A program made the translations under genes and the position numbers. A stretch of 64,000 bases of DNA from a virus (Duplodnaviria; Caudoviricetes): positions 106,795-170,794 of the IMG/VR virus record IMGVR_UViG_2660238657_000001, one strand, 5' to 3'. Under the pieces are notes generated by a model that did no database searches, was not told the origin of the DNA, and saw nothing but the letters and a program-made list of their open reading frames with translations. This document shows, one piece after another, positions 1-8,666 of this stretch; position 1 is the stretch's first letter; every line of letters begins with the position of its first letter.

Positions 1-414
1 GCCCCGATAATCTCTAAATTATTTGTAATTTTTTCTATTTTATTATTCATTTTTATTTCCCCTTTACCAATTTATTTTTTTATCTTTATCTTACAATATT
101 TATTATACTCTTTGGAGTATAAACTGTCAATACTTTTTTAAAATATATTTTAATTAATTTGTATTTATACATAATTTTATAATACGCTCTATATTTAAGT
201 TATAAGACGTTTTAAAGTCTAAAGGTATAAATACTCTAAGATATAATTTAAAGTGCTTTATATGCTAAATTAGAGAGTTATTTTATAGTAGATTAGATAT
301 AATAAAATAGAGACAACTAGTTAACTATCTCTATTTTTGTTTATACTATTTAATATTATGTTTACTTACAATTTCATTTATCTCATTTCTTGTTTAATTA
401 GTTTGTACTAAACA

Positions 415-981
415 TTAGCTTAATTGATTATCAAACACATTCAAGTTTATATGTAGCTTATTGACCACATCTTCCTGTATGTATTCGTATATGCCTTGTA
501 TGTCCATTTGTTCCCCTGTGAATTGTTCGTCTAGTAATTGAAATTCTGTAATAGCATTATCTTCGTAAATATTTTTTGTTGTATCTACTGTAACAATAGA
601 AATTTGATTATAAAATAAGTTATGTAGCTCTTGCAATAACTGTTTATTATAATTAAATTTGAATAATGGAATAACCCATTCGCCATCTGTTTGGTTGTTT
701 GTATCTGTTAAAACTAGATTGTAAGTATTAGTGTTCTTATCGTATTCAACATATTTACAGTTCATAAATTGAATACGTTCGTTAGATTTTGTTTGTGGCA
801 ATGTTGGTATTATGTGCTTAGTTCGGTTGATGTGGTCTGGCTTTATAGTTGTTGCATTGCTAGTTACCTGTGTTTGTTCCTGTGCTTTTGCTGTATTGTT
901 AGTAAATGCTCCTGTTGTAAATATAGATATTGCTACTAAAACACCTGACACTATTTTCTTAAAATTGATTTTGTTAAACAT
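415..981 (-). CDS. Secreted hypothetical protein
   Basis: 188-aa ORF with basic N-terminus, hydrophobic stretch and AxA cleavage motif (TAKA-Q); AGGGAG RBS upstream. Confidence 0.75.
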   Translation of the reverse strand: MFNKINFKKIVSGVLVAISIFTTGAFTNNTAKAQEQTQVTSNATTIKPDHINRTKHIIPTLPQTKSNERIQFMNCKYVEYDKNTNTYNLVLTDTNNQTDGEWVIPLFKFNYNKQLLQELHNLFYNQISIVTVDTTKNIYEDNAITEFQLLDEQFTGEQMDIQGIYEYIQEDVVNKLHINLNVFDNQLS

Positions 982-1489
982 ATTAATCTCTCCCTTTTGA
1001 TTTAAGTTTATATTTTGATTTAATTTATTTGTATTATATAAATTGATAAGTAAAAATTTCTGAATGATGCTGGTTAATGTAAGTGCGTAATAATGAAGCT
1101 TGAATTGTAATTACTTCTTTAGTTTTAAGAATTACTTTAGCCATTTTAACTTCTTCTTCCTTTACTGCTGTTCTGAATTTATAGCTCCAATTATTACACA
1201 TTTTATCTATCCCCTTTAGTTTAAATTTTAATTAGTTTGTTTTATGCTTGAATTGTTTTCTTGCTACAAATACATAATAACATATTAAAACTATATCGTC
1301 AAGAGTATATTTAAAATTATTGATATAAATTAATTAATTGTTATTAGCGACATATATTTTCATATTATATGTAAGAGTATACAGCATATAAATCTAATCT
1401 AATATATACTGTATACGTAAAGCTAGGATTATATTAATAGTAAAATTTATCATATTGTTATTTTTGATCCGATTTTTTATTTAACTCCT

Positions 1490-1702
1490 TTATCTTTTAT
1501 AATATTTGTTTCTTAGTTCTTCTTGTTCTTCTTTTCTAGCTAAAACATCCTGCTTAAGATATATACCTTTTTTTACTGCTATAAGCTTACCCGTTCTATT
1601 CATATCGGACAAACGTTGTTTAGATATACCTAAACACTCTACTACTTCTTTAGATTCCATTGTATTGTCTTGTATTAGTTTAATAAGTTCTGCTCTATCC
1701 AT
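1490..1702 (-). CDS. Small helix-turn-helix DNA-binding protein (excisionase/MerR-like)
   Basis: 70 aa, 'SKEVVECLGISKQRLSDM...GKL' HTH pattern; AGGAGG RBS. Confidence 0.75.
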   Translation of the reverse strand: MDRAELIKLIQDNTMESKEVVECLGISKQRLSDMNRTGKLIAVKKGIYLKQDVLARKEEQEELRNKYYKR

Positions 1703-2223
1703 TTTAAGTACCTCCTATTTTTCTAAATAAAAACTGATTTGAATATTAAAAATAATAAGAATCCTATAACACAAAGTTTAACTAAGATTTTTAAAATTAA
1801 GATAGTACACTCTTTATATACATTTTTTTTTCATTTAATCCATCCACCCTTTTTCCTTACTCACTATATTTATATTATATCATCTGTACGTAATAGGTAA
1901 ATAGGTATTATGGGAAAATTATATAATTTTGCAAAAAAAAATAAACCTTGTATTAAACAAGGTTTCAAAATTTTAATATATATTATATTCTATTATAGTT
2001 TTAAAAATATCTTTTGTTGTTGCTATTGCAAAAGCTGGTATTAATTTAGTTATTTTTATAATGTCAAAGTTTATTTGTTTGATGTTCTCTTTTATTATAC
2101 TGACAAATAATATATATAAGCTATAACGATAAGTATACTATCATTTATAGTGCATAAGACAAAAATTAATGATAGTTAGTATAAGAGATATCAGAGTAAG
2201 TACAAAACTAACCAAAGTTAATT

Positions 2224-2260
2224 GTGAACTACCACCACTTATAGAAGATAGTGGCTTCTA
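2224..2260 (-). mobile_element. IS200/IS605-family right-end remnant
   Basis: Minus strand reads GAAGCCACTATCTTCTATAAGTGGTGGTAGTTCAC: subterminal hairpin ending in TTCAC, typical of clostridial IS605/tnpB right ends; no transposase nearby. Confidence 0.5.
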
Positions 2261-2325
2261 CTAGTTTCGTTAAATTTTTATCATCCATTTAATCACAACC
2301 TTTCTTTTATATACAAAAATAATGA

Positions 2326-2532
2326 TTAATCCATTTTTTTGCTATTTAGAATTTTTTTCATCCCATCTATTGTAATTAACCACACACGACCAGTTTTTCT
2401 ATAGTCTTCACCTTCAATTAGACCATGCATTCCTCTTTGACATATAGTTTTTAGAGTATTTATATTTATATCAAATTTTTCACTCGCTTCTTTTGTGTCC
2501 ATTATATCGTTTATATCGAACTTCTTAGTCAT
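2326..2532 (-). CDS. Helix-turn-helix domain protein
   Basis: 68 aa, 'IMDTKEASEKFDININTLK...RKTGRVWLIT' pattern; AGGAGG RBS. Confidence 0.8.
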   Translation of the reverse strand: MTKKFDINDIMDTKEASEKFDININTLKTICQRGMHGLIEGEDYRKTGRVWLITIDGMKKILNSKKMD

Positions 2533-2545
2533 TTAAAATTTCCTC

Positions 2546-2635
2546 CTATTTAAAAATTATCAAATAAATTAGTAATGCTATTATCATTAGTTTAAATACT
2601 ATACTACATATTAATTTAAATTTTTCTTTTATCAT
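2546..2635 (-). CDS. Small hydrophobic peptide (cassette B, peptide 2), 29 aa
   Basis: Hand-translated MIKEKFKLICSIVFKLMIIALLIYLIIFK*; stop overlaps RBS of the HTH gene; no own SD. Confidence 0.5.
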   Translation of the reverse strand: MIKEKFKLICSIVFKLMIIALLIYLIIFK

Positions 2636-2696
2636 TGCATATCAATGGTTGAAATAATATAATATATATAGGAGGGATTAAACCCTCCCACTAATA

Positions 2697-2801
2697 TTAA
2701 CTAAAAATTTTAATTAATATTAGCTTGATAATATATATTTTTGTTAGTAGCTTAATGACTATTGCGAGTAGTTCATTAAGCTTTTTTATTTTTTCAACCA
2801 T
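2697..2801 (-). CDS. Small hydrophobic peptide, type I toxin-like (cassette B, peptide 1), 34 aa
   Basis: MVEKIKKLNELLAIVIKLLTKIYIIKLILIKIFS*; AGGAGG RBS; TTGACT-17-TATAAT promoter; GGAGGG/CCCTCC hairpin after stop. Confidence 0.65.
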   Translation of the reverse strand: MVEKIKKLNELLAIVIKLLTKIYIIKLILIKIFS

Positions 2802-2992
2802 TTTTCCACCTCCTTTCCTTTACCTTATGTATATATTATATCACCGCATAAGGTGAAAGTCAAGTATATTTTAGGAAATTTTTATAATATTTTAAAAAAT
2901 TTATAAATATAAAAACACCTCCTAATTGTTTATACCAAAATGGTTTCACAAATAAGAGGTGTCACATATATATACGAAGTCCAGAGATATAT

Positions 2993-3172
2993 TTACTTTT
3001 TTAGTGAATTTTCCTTTTCTTTAATAAGTTGTTTAAGTTCTTTTAAGTCTTCCAATGTTGCTTTATTTTTTATAAAACTTCTAGCTGTAGACCTATCCCT
3101 TAGATATCTAGTACGCTCTCTATTTTTTTCTTGCCACTTTTTATTGGCTTCAGTCTGTTTGTTTGTTTCCAT
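2993..3172 (-). CDS. Conserved small Firmicutes phage protein, 59 aa (probably DNA-binding)
   Basis: Hand-translated METNKQTEANKKWQEKNRERTRYLRDRSTARSFIKNKATLEDLKELKQLIKEKENSLKK*; AAGGTG RBS; below ORF-track cutoff. Confidence 0.75.
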   Translation of the reverse strand: METNKQTEANKKWQEKNRERTRYLRDRSTARSFIKNKATLEDLKELKQLIKEKENSLKK

Positions 3173-3174
3173 GA

Positions 3175-3306
3175 TTACACCTTTCTATTTTTGTATTTAA
3201 AGTACATAACAACTAATATAATTGTAATTATTGTTTTTAATATTAAGTTTTTTACAAAGATAACATTGAAAACTGCTAAACTTATTATTAATTTTCTTGT
3301 ATTCAT
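3175..3306 (-). CDS. Small hydrophobic peptide (cassette C, peptide 2), 43 aa
   Basis: MNTRKLIISLAVFNVIFVKNLILKTIITIILVVMYFKYKNRKV*; abuts next gene. Confidence 0.5.
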   Translation of the reverse strand: MNTRKLIISLAVFNVIFVKNLILKTIITIILVVMYFKYKNRKV

Positions 3307-3366
3307 ATTGTTTAAATGTTAGAATAACTTCATGAGGTGAGATTATAAAGATTAAGGGGAAATCCC

Positions 3367-3465
3367 CTAATCTTTATCAATGTAAGTTAAAACTGCGATT
3401 ACTGTTGTTATTAGTGTGCAAACTATACTGACAACAGTTTGAAATATTTGAAGTTGTTCTAACAT
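3367..3465 (-). CDS. Small hydrophobic peptide, type I toxin-like (cassette C, peptide 1), 32 aa
   Basis: MLEQLQIFQTVVSIVCTLITTVIAVLTYIDKD*; AGGAGG RBS; TTGACT-17-TATAAT promoter; GGGGA/TCCCC hairpin at stop. Confidence 0.65.
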   Translation of the reverse strand: MLEQLQIFQTVVSIVCTLITTVIAVLTYIDKD

Positions 3466-3742
3466 TCGATCTCACCTCCTTTCTATACTTATATTATACT
3501 ATCGATAGTATAAAAAGTCAATACTTTTTTAGGATTTTATTTAATTTTTTCCAAATATTGATAAATAAAAATACCTCCCATTTCTGTATCGGAAAAACTT
3601 ACACAAATAAGAGGTATTTTATATAGATATAAAGTCTATAGGTATGATATATTTAATATTTTAGCAAATATAGTGATTGTATGTTACATACGTAAAATCA
3701 GGGTTATATTAATAGTTTTAATAATAGATTGTAATATACAAT

Positions 3743-3850
3743 TTACTTAATAAAAGTTTGATAAATAGCGTACAAAGATATTATTAAGAAAGCTATTAAT
3801 CCTATAAGTCGTATGATTCTAATAGCTAAATCCTTGCATAAATTTTTCAT
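3743..3850 (-). CDS. Small hydrophobic peptide (cassette D, peptide 2), 35 aa
   Basis: MKNLCKDLAIRIIRLIGLIAFLIISLYAIYQTFIK*. Confidence 0.5.
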   Translation of the reverse strand: MKNLCKDLAIRIIRLIGLIAFLIISLYAIYQTFIK

Positions 3851-3924
3851 ATTGATTAATGAGGGAAAAATATGATATACTTTTTTTATAAGGGATTAAG
3901 GTGTTAGCTTAACCCCTTATGTAA

Positions 3925-4071
3925 TTAATTGAATAGTTTAATTATTCCTATTATGGCTAGTATAAAAGTACTTACCCAACCCATTAAGGATATTAAACTA
4001 ATCATGAGTTTCTCTAGTAGATGAATAATTTCATCTGTGAACTTGAGGAACTCTTTTATTTTCTCCCCCAT
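3925..4071 (-). CDS. Small hydrophobic peptide, type I toxin-like (cassette D, peptide 1), 48 aa
   Basis: MGEKIKEFLKFTDEIIHLLEKLMISLISLMGWVSTFILAIIGIIKLFN*; AGGAGG RBS; TTGATA-17-TATAAT; shares MxEKIK start with cassette B peptide 1. Confidence 0.65.
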   Translation of the reverse strand: MGEKIKEFLKFTDEIIHLLEKLMISLISLMGWVSTFILAIIGIIKLFN

Positions 4072-4288
4072 TTCCTCACCTCCTTATGTATATATTATAA
4101 CATATATGGAAAGGTTTATCAATATATATATTGTATAATTTTAATTTGTTTTCAATCAGTATAATTTTAATATTATATGTAATTGCACGCAGTATAAATC
4201 TAGTTGACATATATAGAATTGTATATACTGCATACGTAAAATTAAGATTACATTAATAGTTTTAATAATGGAATATGACATATTTAAG

Positions 4289-4414
4289 TCAATCTTGATT
4301 AGCTTTTTTCTTTAACTCATGAACTTCCTTTTCCAAAACTTTTGTATCTTTTTTAGTTTTAGAGATAGATAGTGTAATTAAGATTAATATTAATGTTATT
4401 ATTATATATTTCAT
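4289..4414 (-). CDS. Small membrane-anchored peptide (cassette E, peptide 2), 41 aa
   Basis: MKYIIITLILILITLSISKTKKDTKVLEKEVHELKKKANQD*. Confidence 0.5.
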   Translation of the reverse strand: MKYIIITLILILITLSISKTKKDTKVLEKEVHELKKKANQD

Positions 4415-4479
4415 ATAATTAATTGTTATGGTATAATATATAGCAGATGGGGAATGGCATTTCCCCATCCATTGAGTTA

Positions 4480-4614
4480 TTAGTTTAACTCTTTTTGTTT
4501 GATTAAGGCTTCATACTTAGCTTTCTCGGCTTCGTATTTAGCCTTTTTTATTTTTAGTAATAATAAATATAAACCAAACAATCCAGTAAAAAAACTATAT
4601 ATTTTCAATACCAT
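4480..4614 (-). CDS. Small membrane-anchored peptide (cassette E, peptide 1), 44 aa
   Basis: MVLKIYSFFTGLFGLYLLLLKIKKAKYEAEKAKYEALIKQKELN*; AGGGGTG RBS; TTGATA-17-TATAAT; GATGGGGAA/TTCCCCATC hairpin after stop. Confidence 0.6.
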   Translation of the reverse strand: MVLKIYSFFTGLFGLYLLLLKIKKAKYEAEKAKYEALIKQKELN

Positions 4615-5643
4615 AACTGTTTCACCCCTTTCTTTATCTTATGTATATATTATACCATATATGGAAACATATATCAATAAATTTATGGAATGATTTTAAT
4701 TTATTTTCGTAATTATTTTGTTTGGGTAACTGAATTTAAGTAAATAGTTATGTAATGTTGAATAGGATTAAATAGAATAGTAGTATAAGTCTCATATTAC
4801 TATTTGCTTATCATACTGTTATAATTATATTTATATAAAGATGTTATTTTATAATCTAAAATTATATTATTTTAAATATTTTATTTATTAATTTTTATTT
4901 TTTAAATATTTTTATATTTATATAGATAATTAGAGTGAGATTGATTGAGATAAATGAAGATAAATGAAGATAAATAAGGATAATATATCATGGTGTAAAA
5001 TTACACTAATATAGTAAAAAGTTAAAAGTAGAGTGAAAATGGATAGAGAAGTATTTGCTTGATAATATAAGCTTTTATTTCGATATTTGCAACAAGGTAA
5101 ATAAACACTTTCATTTTTCTATAATTACACTATATAGTAATCATTATTATATAATACAATATCTTAAATAATATTAAATGGTAATCTAAATTACATAAGA
5201 ATATAAATTCCTCTATTATTTCTATATTTATATAAAAATTATCTATTTTGTACCTAAAATTATCATAACTTTAGTACGCTAAAGCTATCTCGAACCTAGT
5301 AATACCAACGGTTTCAGAAGCTGGTCATAATTCATACAACACATAACGGTTGTTATGTCTTGAAACTTAGTAATTTACTACACTAAAGTATTTAGTATAG
5401 AGGGGCGTATTTCTCATTGTTTAGTGGGGTTCAGGCTTCAGCGTTTACCCTAGTACATCGACTCACACACTACCTAATTTTTCCAGTTACATCTCAGTTT
5501 TGAATTTAAAATTTTAAAACTTGCAAATTTTAATAAAAAGTGTATCGAAAAGTGTATCGTTAGAACCCTTACAAATAGCCACTTTTTCACTTTTTCAACT
5601 ACCCTATTTTTATCAAAAATCACTCATTTTTACCCTTTTCATA

Positions 5644-5757
5644 CTCGCAAACTCTTATGTATCAATACTTTGAACGATATTACCTATCTTAACTCATCTC
5701 ATCATTAAAAATTTGCATATCATTGACACCTCGCAAACCCTTATATATCAATACTTT
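5644..5757. repeat. 28-bp direct repeat pair (CTCGCAAACYCTTATRTATCAATACTTT)
   Basis: Copies at 5644-5671 and 5730-5757, 2 mismatches. Confidence 0.85.
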
Positions 5758-5891
5758 AATCCACTTTTCAAACATTAAAATTTCACCTTTTACGATACAG
5801 GGTGTATCGGTGAAAAATATAAAAATAAAATTTACGTAAAAATTAATTTTTAATAATTATATAAAAATAAAAAACACGCACACCTAAAATA

Positions 5892-6338
5892 TTATTTTAC
5901 TCTAGGTATGCGTAAATTAATTGGCATATCTTCCATTAATTTATTTAGTTTGTTTATTGATATTGAGCGTTGACCATTCCTCTGCGTTTTACCTGTATTA
6001 TGCCATGCTAAATATCCTGATCCATTATATATTTCTTCTATACTGCCATCTGGTAATATTTTAATAACAATAAGATAGTCTGGTTTACTACTAATCCCTA
6101 TAGATTTCCCTTGAGTTACTTTTATTTTAACAAATTTATTATCTTTTGTTTTAGCAGCATGTGTTTTAGTTGAGCAGGGTAATAGTTCTAAATCATAATA
6201 ATAGGATGCCAATACCTCACCTATACTTCCAGCTAAATGTCCATGAGGAGTGAATTTTCTTCCTTTAAAAGATGCCTCCAATACACTTACTATCGAGTAA
6301 AGTTCTTGAATTATAAATGGCATTTGTTCAATATTCAT
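5892..6338 (-). CDS. DUF6998-like protein (restriction-endonuclease-like fold)
   Basis: 'GRKFTPxGHLxGSIGEVLA...IKxTQ...EEIYNG' family pattern. Confidence 0.65.
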   Translation of the reverse strand: MNIEQMPFIIQELYSIVSVLEASFKGRKFTPHGHLAGSIGEVLASYYYDLELLPCSTKTHAAKTKDNKFVKIKVTQGKSIGISSKPDYLIVIKILPDGSIEEIYNGSGYLAWHNTGKTQRNGQRSISINKLNKLMEDMPINLRIPRVK

Positions 6339-6807
6339 GATACAATTTCTCCTATATGGTTAGATTAATATATACTAAATATAAGTTCATTATACAATAA
6401 ATACAAATTATAATAAACAAATTTTTCATAATACATCTGTATATTCCCTATCCAAATAGTCAAGAATTTAAGTATCCGTTAATTACATGAAATTTTATAA
6501 AAATACAATAGTTTTCATGTTAAATGAAAATTCTCATTTTGTATACCTATAACCTAAAAGAGAGATTCTTAGATCTCTCTTTTTCATTTTATCAATGCAT
6601 ATTATATAATTTAAAGATAATACTATTTAATGTAGAACACATAACTAAATTTAAATTTTTGTACTAGAAAATAGATGACGAAAATGATATAACAGTATTT
6701 AAAAATCAACAACCAATATATTATAAAATAAATGGTAGTGATTATTTTTGTTACAAACTGTTATTATTATAAGTAGTCATCTATTTTTACTTTATTCTTA
6801 AATATTA

Positions 6808-7035
6808 TTAATGTATTATCAAAGTTTTTACTACTCTTTTAGTTCCGTCACAAGCTATTATTTTTAGCAAAGTATCATTTTTTACTATATTACCTACAGT
6901 TAATCCTAGTAGTGTACTATATACAATTAAATCCATTACTCTATTATTTTTTATCTTTTTACTATCTTGTTTGGCTTGTTCCCATCCTTTTTTAGAGAAC
7001 TCATAAGTTTTACATCTGTTCAACATAGTTACCAC
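6808..7035 (-). CDS. Small membrane protein
   Basis: 75 aa, one hydrophobic segment; coupled to upstream ORF. Confidence 0.6.
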   Translation of the reverse strand: MVTMLNRCKTYEFSKKGWEQAKQDSKKIKNNRVMDLIVYSTLLGLTVGNIVKNDTLLKIIACDGTKRVVKTLIIH

Positions 7036-7038
7036 CCT

Positions 7039-7371
7039 TTACTTAACTATTCCCCTATCGATCAAAAATTTAATGCTTTCGTTGAATTTCCCTATACCGT
7101 CCATTATTTTTCCTGTTCCATTATCTACTTTTTCAAAGAAATTAGCAGTCCCTTTTACTATTTTTACTATTGCAGGTGGATTTTTCCTCCAATAAGCAAC
7201 CAATTTAATAACATCTATTCCGCAAACGCTTATTCCAGATAATTTAATAATCTCACCATAATCTTTTTTACCAAATGCCTGTAATCCCTTATTCCATACA
7301 ATTGTTAGTGTTGCAGTTTTAACAATATCCGAAAATATATCTCCTACCATAGCTACTCCTTTATAAAGCAC
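7039..7371 (-). CDS. SpoIIIAC/AD-like small membrane protein
   Basis: 'KGLQAFGKKDYGEIIKLSG' helix-loop-helix pattern like SpoIIIAC/AD; real start probably the second Met (MVGDIF) after AGGAG. Confidence 0.5.
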   Translation of the reverse strand: MLYKGVAMVGDIFSDIVKTATLTIVWNKGLQAFGKKDYGEIIKLSGISVCGIDVIKLVAYWRKNPPAIVKIVKGTANFFEKVDNGTGKIMDGIGKFNESIKFLIDRGIVK

Positions 7372-7549
7372 TACAAGCTTTGATTAATTTAGTAACTAAT
7401 AATACAGCTTGACACCCAACTAAGCTTAAACCACCAATGTTGACCATTTGAGATTCATTTTGTTTATTGAAAGCTATTAGCACCTTTTCTGTTATAGCTG
7501 ATACTATAGCTGTACTTCCCATTGCTATTATTATTGCTGTATTAGACAT
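7361..7549 (-). CDS. SpoIIIAC-like membrane protein
   Basis: 62 aa, two TM segments joined by 'EKVLIAFNKQNESQMVNIGG', similar to SpoIIIAC 'xxVLxxxGREEQAxxxxLAG'. Confidence 0.6.
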   Translation of the reverse strand: MSNTAIIIAMGSTAIVSAITEKVLIAFNKQNESQMVNIGGLSLVGCQAVLLVTKLIKACSAL

Positions 7550-7681
7550 ATTAATCTCTCCCTTTATATAAATTTTACATAAATAATCATTATCTTTAAT
7601 ATTGAAAACTGAATATTAGAATTTGTTCCTATATGTTCTACGTAGATTAAATTATTTGATATTAAAGGAAGGAGAATAAAC

Positions 7682-8038
7682 TCAATCCTTTAATATTTTT
7701 GAATTTTGTTGTTTGATATATGATCTAAGGTCTACTATGTTACTAGTTCCATTTGCTACTTTTTCATTGTACGTACAAATTTCCTGTTGATATTGCTTAG
7801 TATTTACATTTGTCTTGATAGTTGACTTATAGTTATTTGCTTTGTATATAAGTTTATTTATAAATTTTAATTGTCTAATAGTTAATTTAATGCTTAATCT
7901 TAATGTATTTTGAACGATTCTTATAATATTTTTCATTAAACGTAAACCTAATCTGGTACTTCCAGTCAATAATAAACTTAAAACTTGTATAATCACAAGA
8001 AACTGAAAGAAAGATTTAATTATAGTTAACATTTGCAA
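7682..8038 (-). CDS. Hypothetical membrane protein
   Basis: 118 aa, N-terminal TM, AGGAG RBS, TTG start. Confidence 0.6.
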   Translation of the reverse strand: MQMLTIIKSFFQFLVIIQVLSLLLTGSTRLGLRLMKNIIRIVQNTLRLSIKLTIRQLKFINKLIYKANNYKSTIKTNVNTKQYQQEICTYNEKVANGTSNIVDLRSYIKQQNSKILKD

Positions 8039-8666
8039 AGCACTCCTTTAAACTTTTGTATTTGTAATAATATAACTTTTGTTGTTGTAAGAAATAAATA
8101 GAAGATATTATTTGTTTAAGCTAAAACTTAAATAATTGATAAATGATTTATCAAATTATTAGTTGTATTTATGTTGTATATTTAACTAAACATATCTAAG
8201 TTTTCATATATTAAGTTATCAAGTTAAACATAATATACTAAGATGAGTCTTTGGATAGACAAGTATCTTAAAATATACTATATCTAACTAACAACTCAAT
8301 ATATAAAAATTAGATAGAATAGTTAAACATAAAGCTAAATAAACAAATAATTAATAACTATTTATAATTTTTAACTTTTGTTATATGTAAAATTGCTCCT
8401 AATACATTGTATGAATTAATGTAAAGCGATGTTACTGTTATTTTAAGTGAATTTATGAAGTTATTTCTTGGACAAGCATGGGTTTTTACGGAGGGAGTTT
8501 CAAAAATTGTCCCTCCCCTATCAACCCCTCGGGACTCATATTCATTCGTCCTTTTCAATCGAAAAACAAGAATGGCTTGAATAGTGGCTTTAGAGTGTGT
8601 TAATTCATATTACTGTAGTTCTATGCTATAGCATATGTTATGGTATATGATATTGTTACAGTTTAA

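Noticed and set aside
8358-8558. 66-aa minus-strand ORF
   Set aside because: No convincing RBS or family pattern; the region looks regulatory (possible nic/oriT-like GC-rich patch), so it is left uncalled
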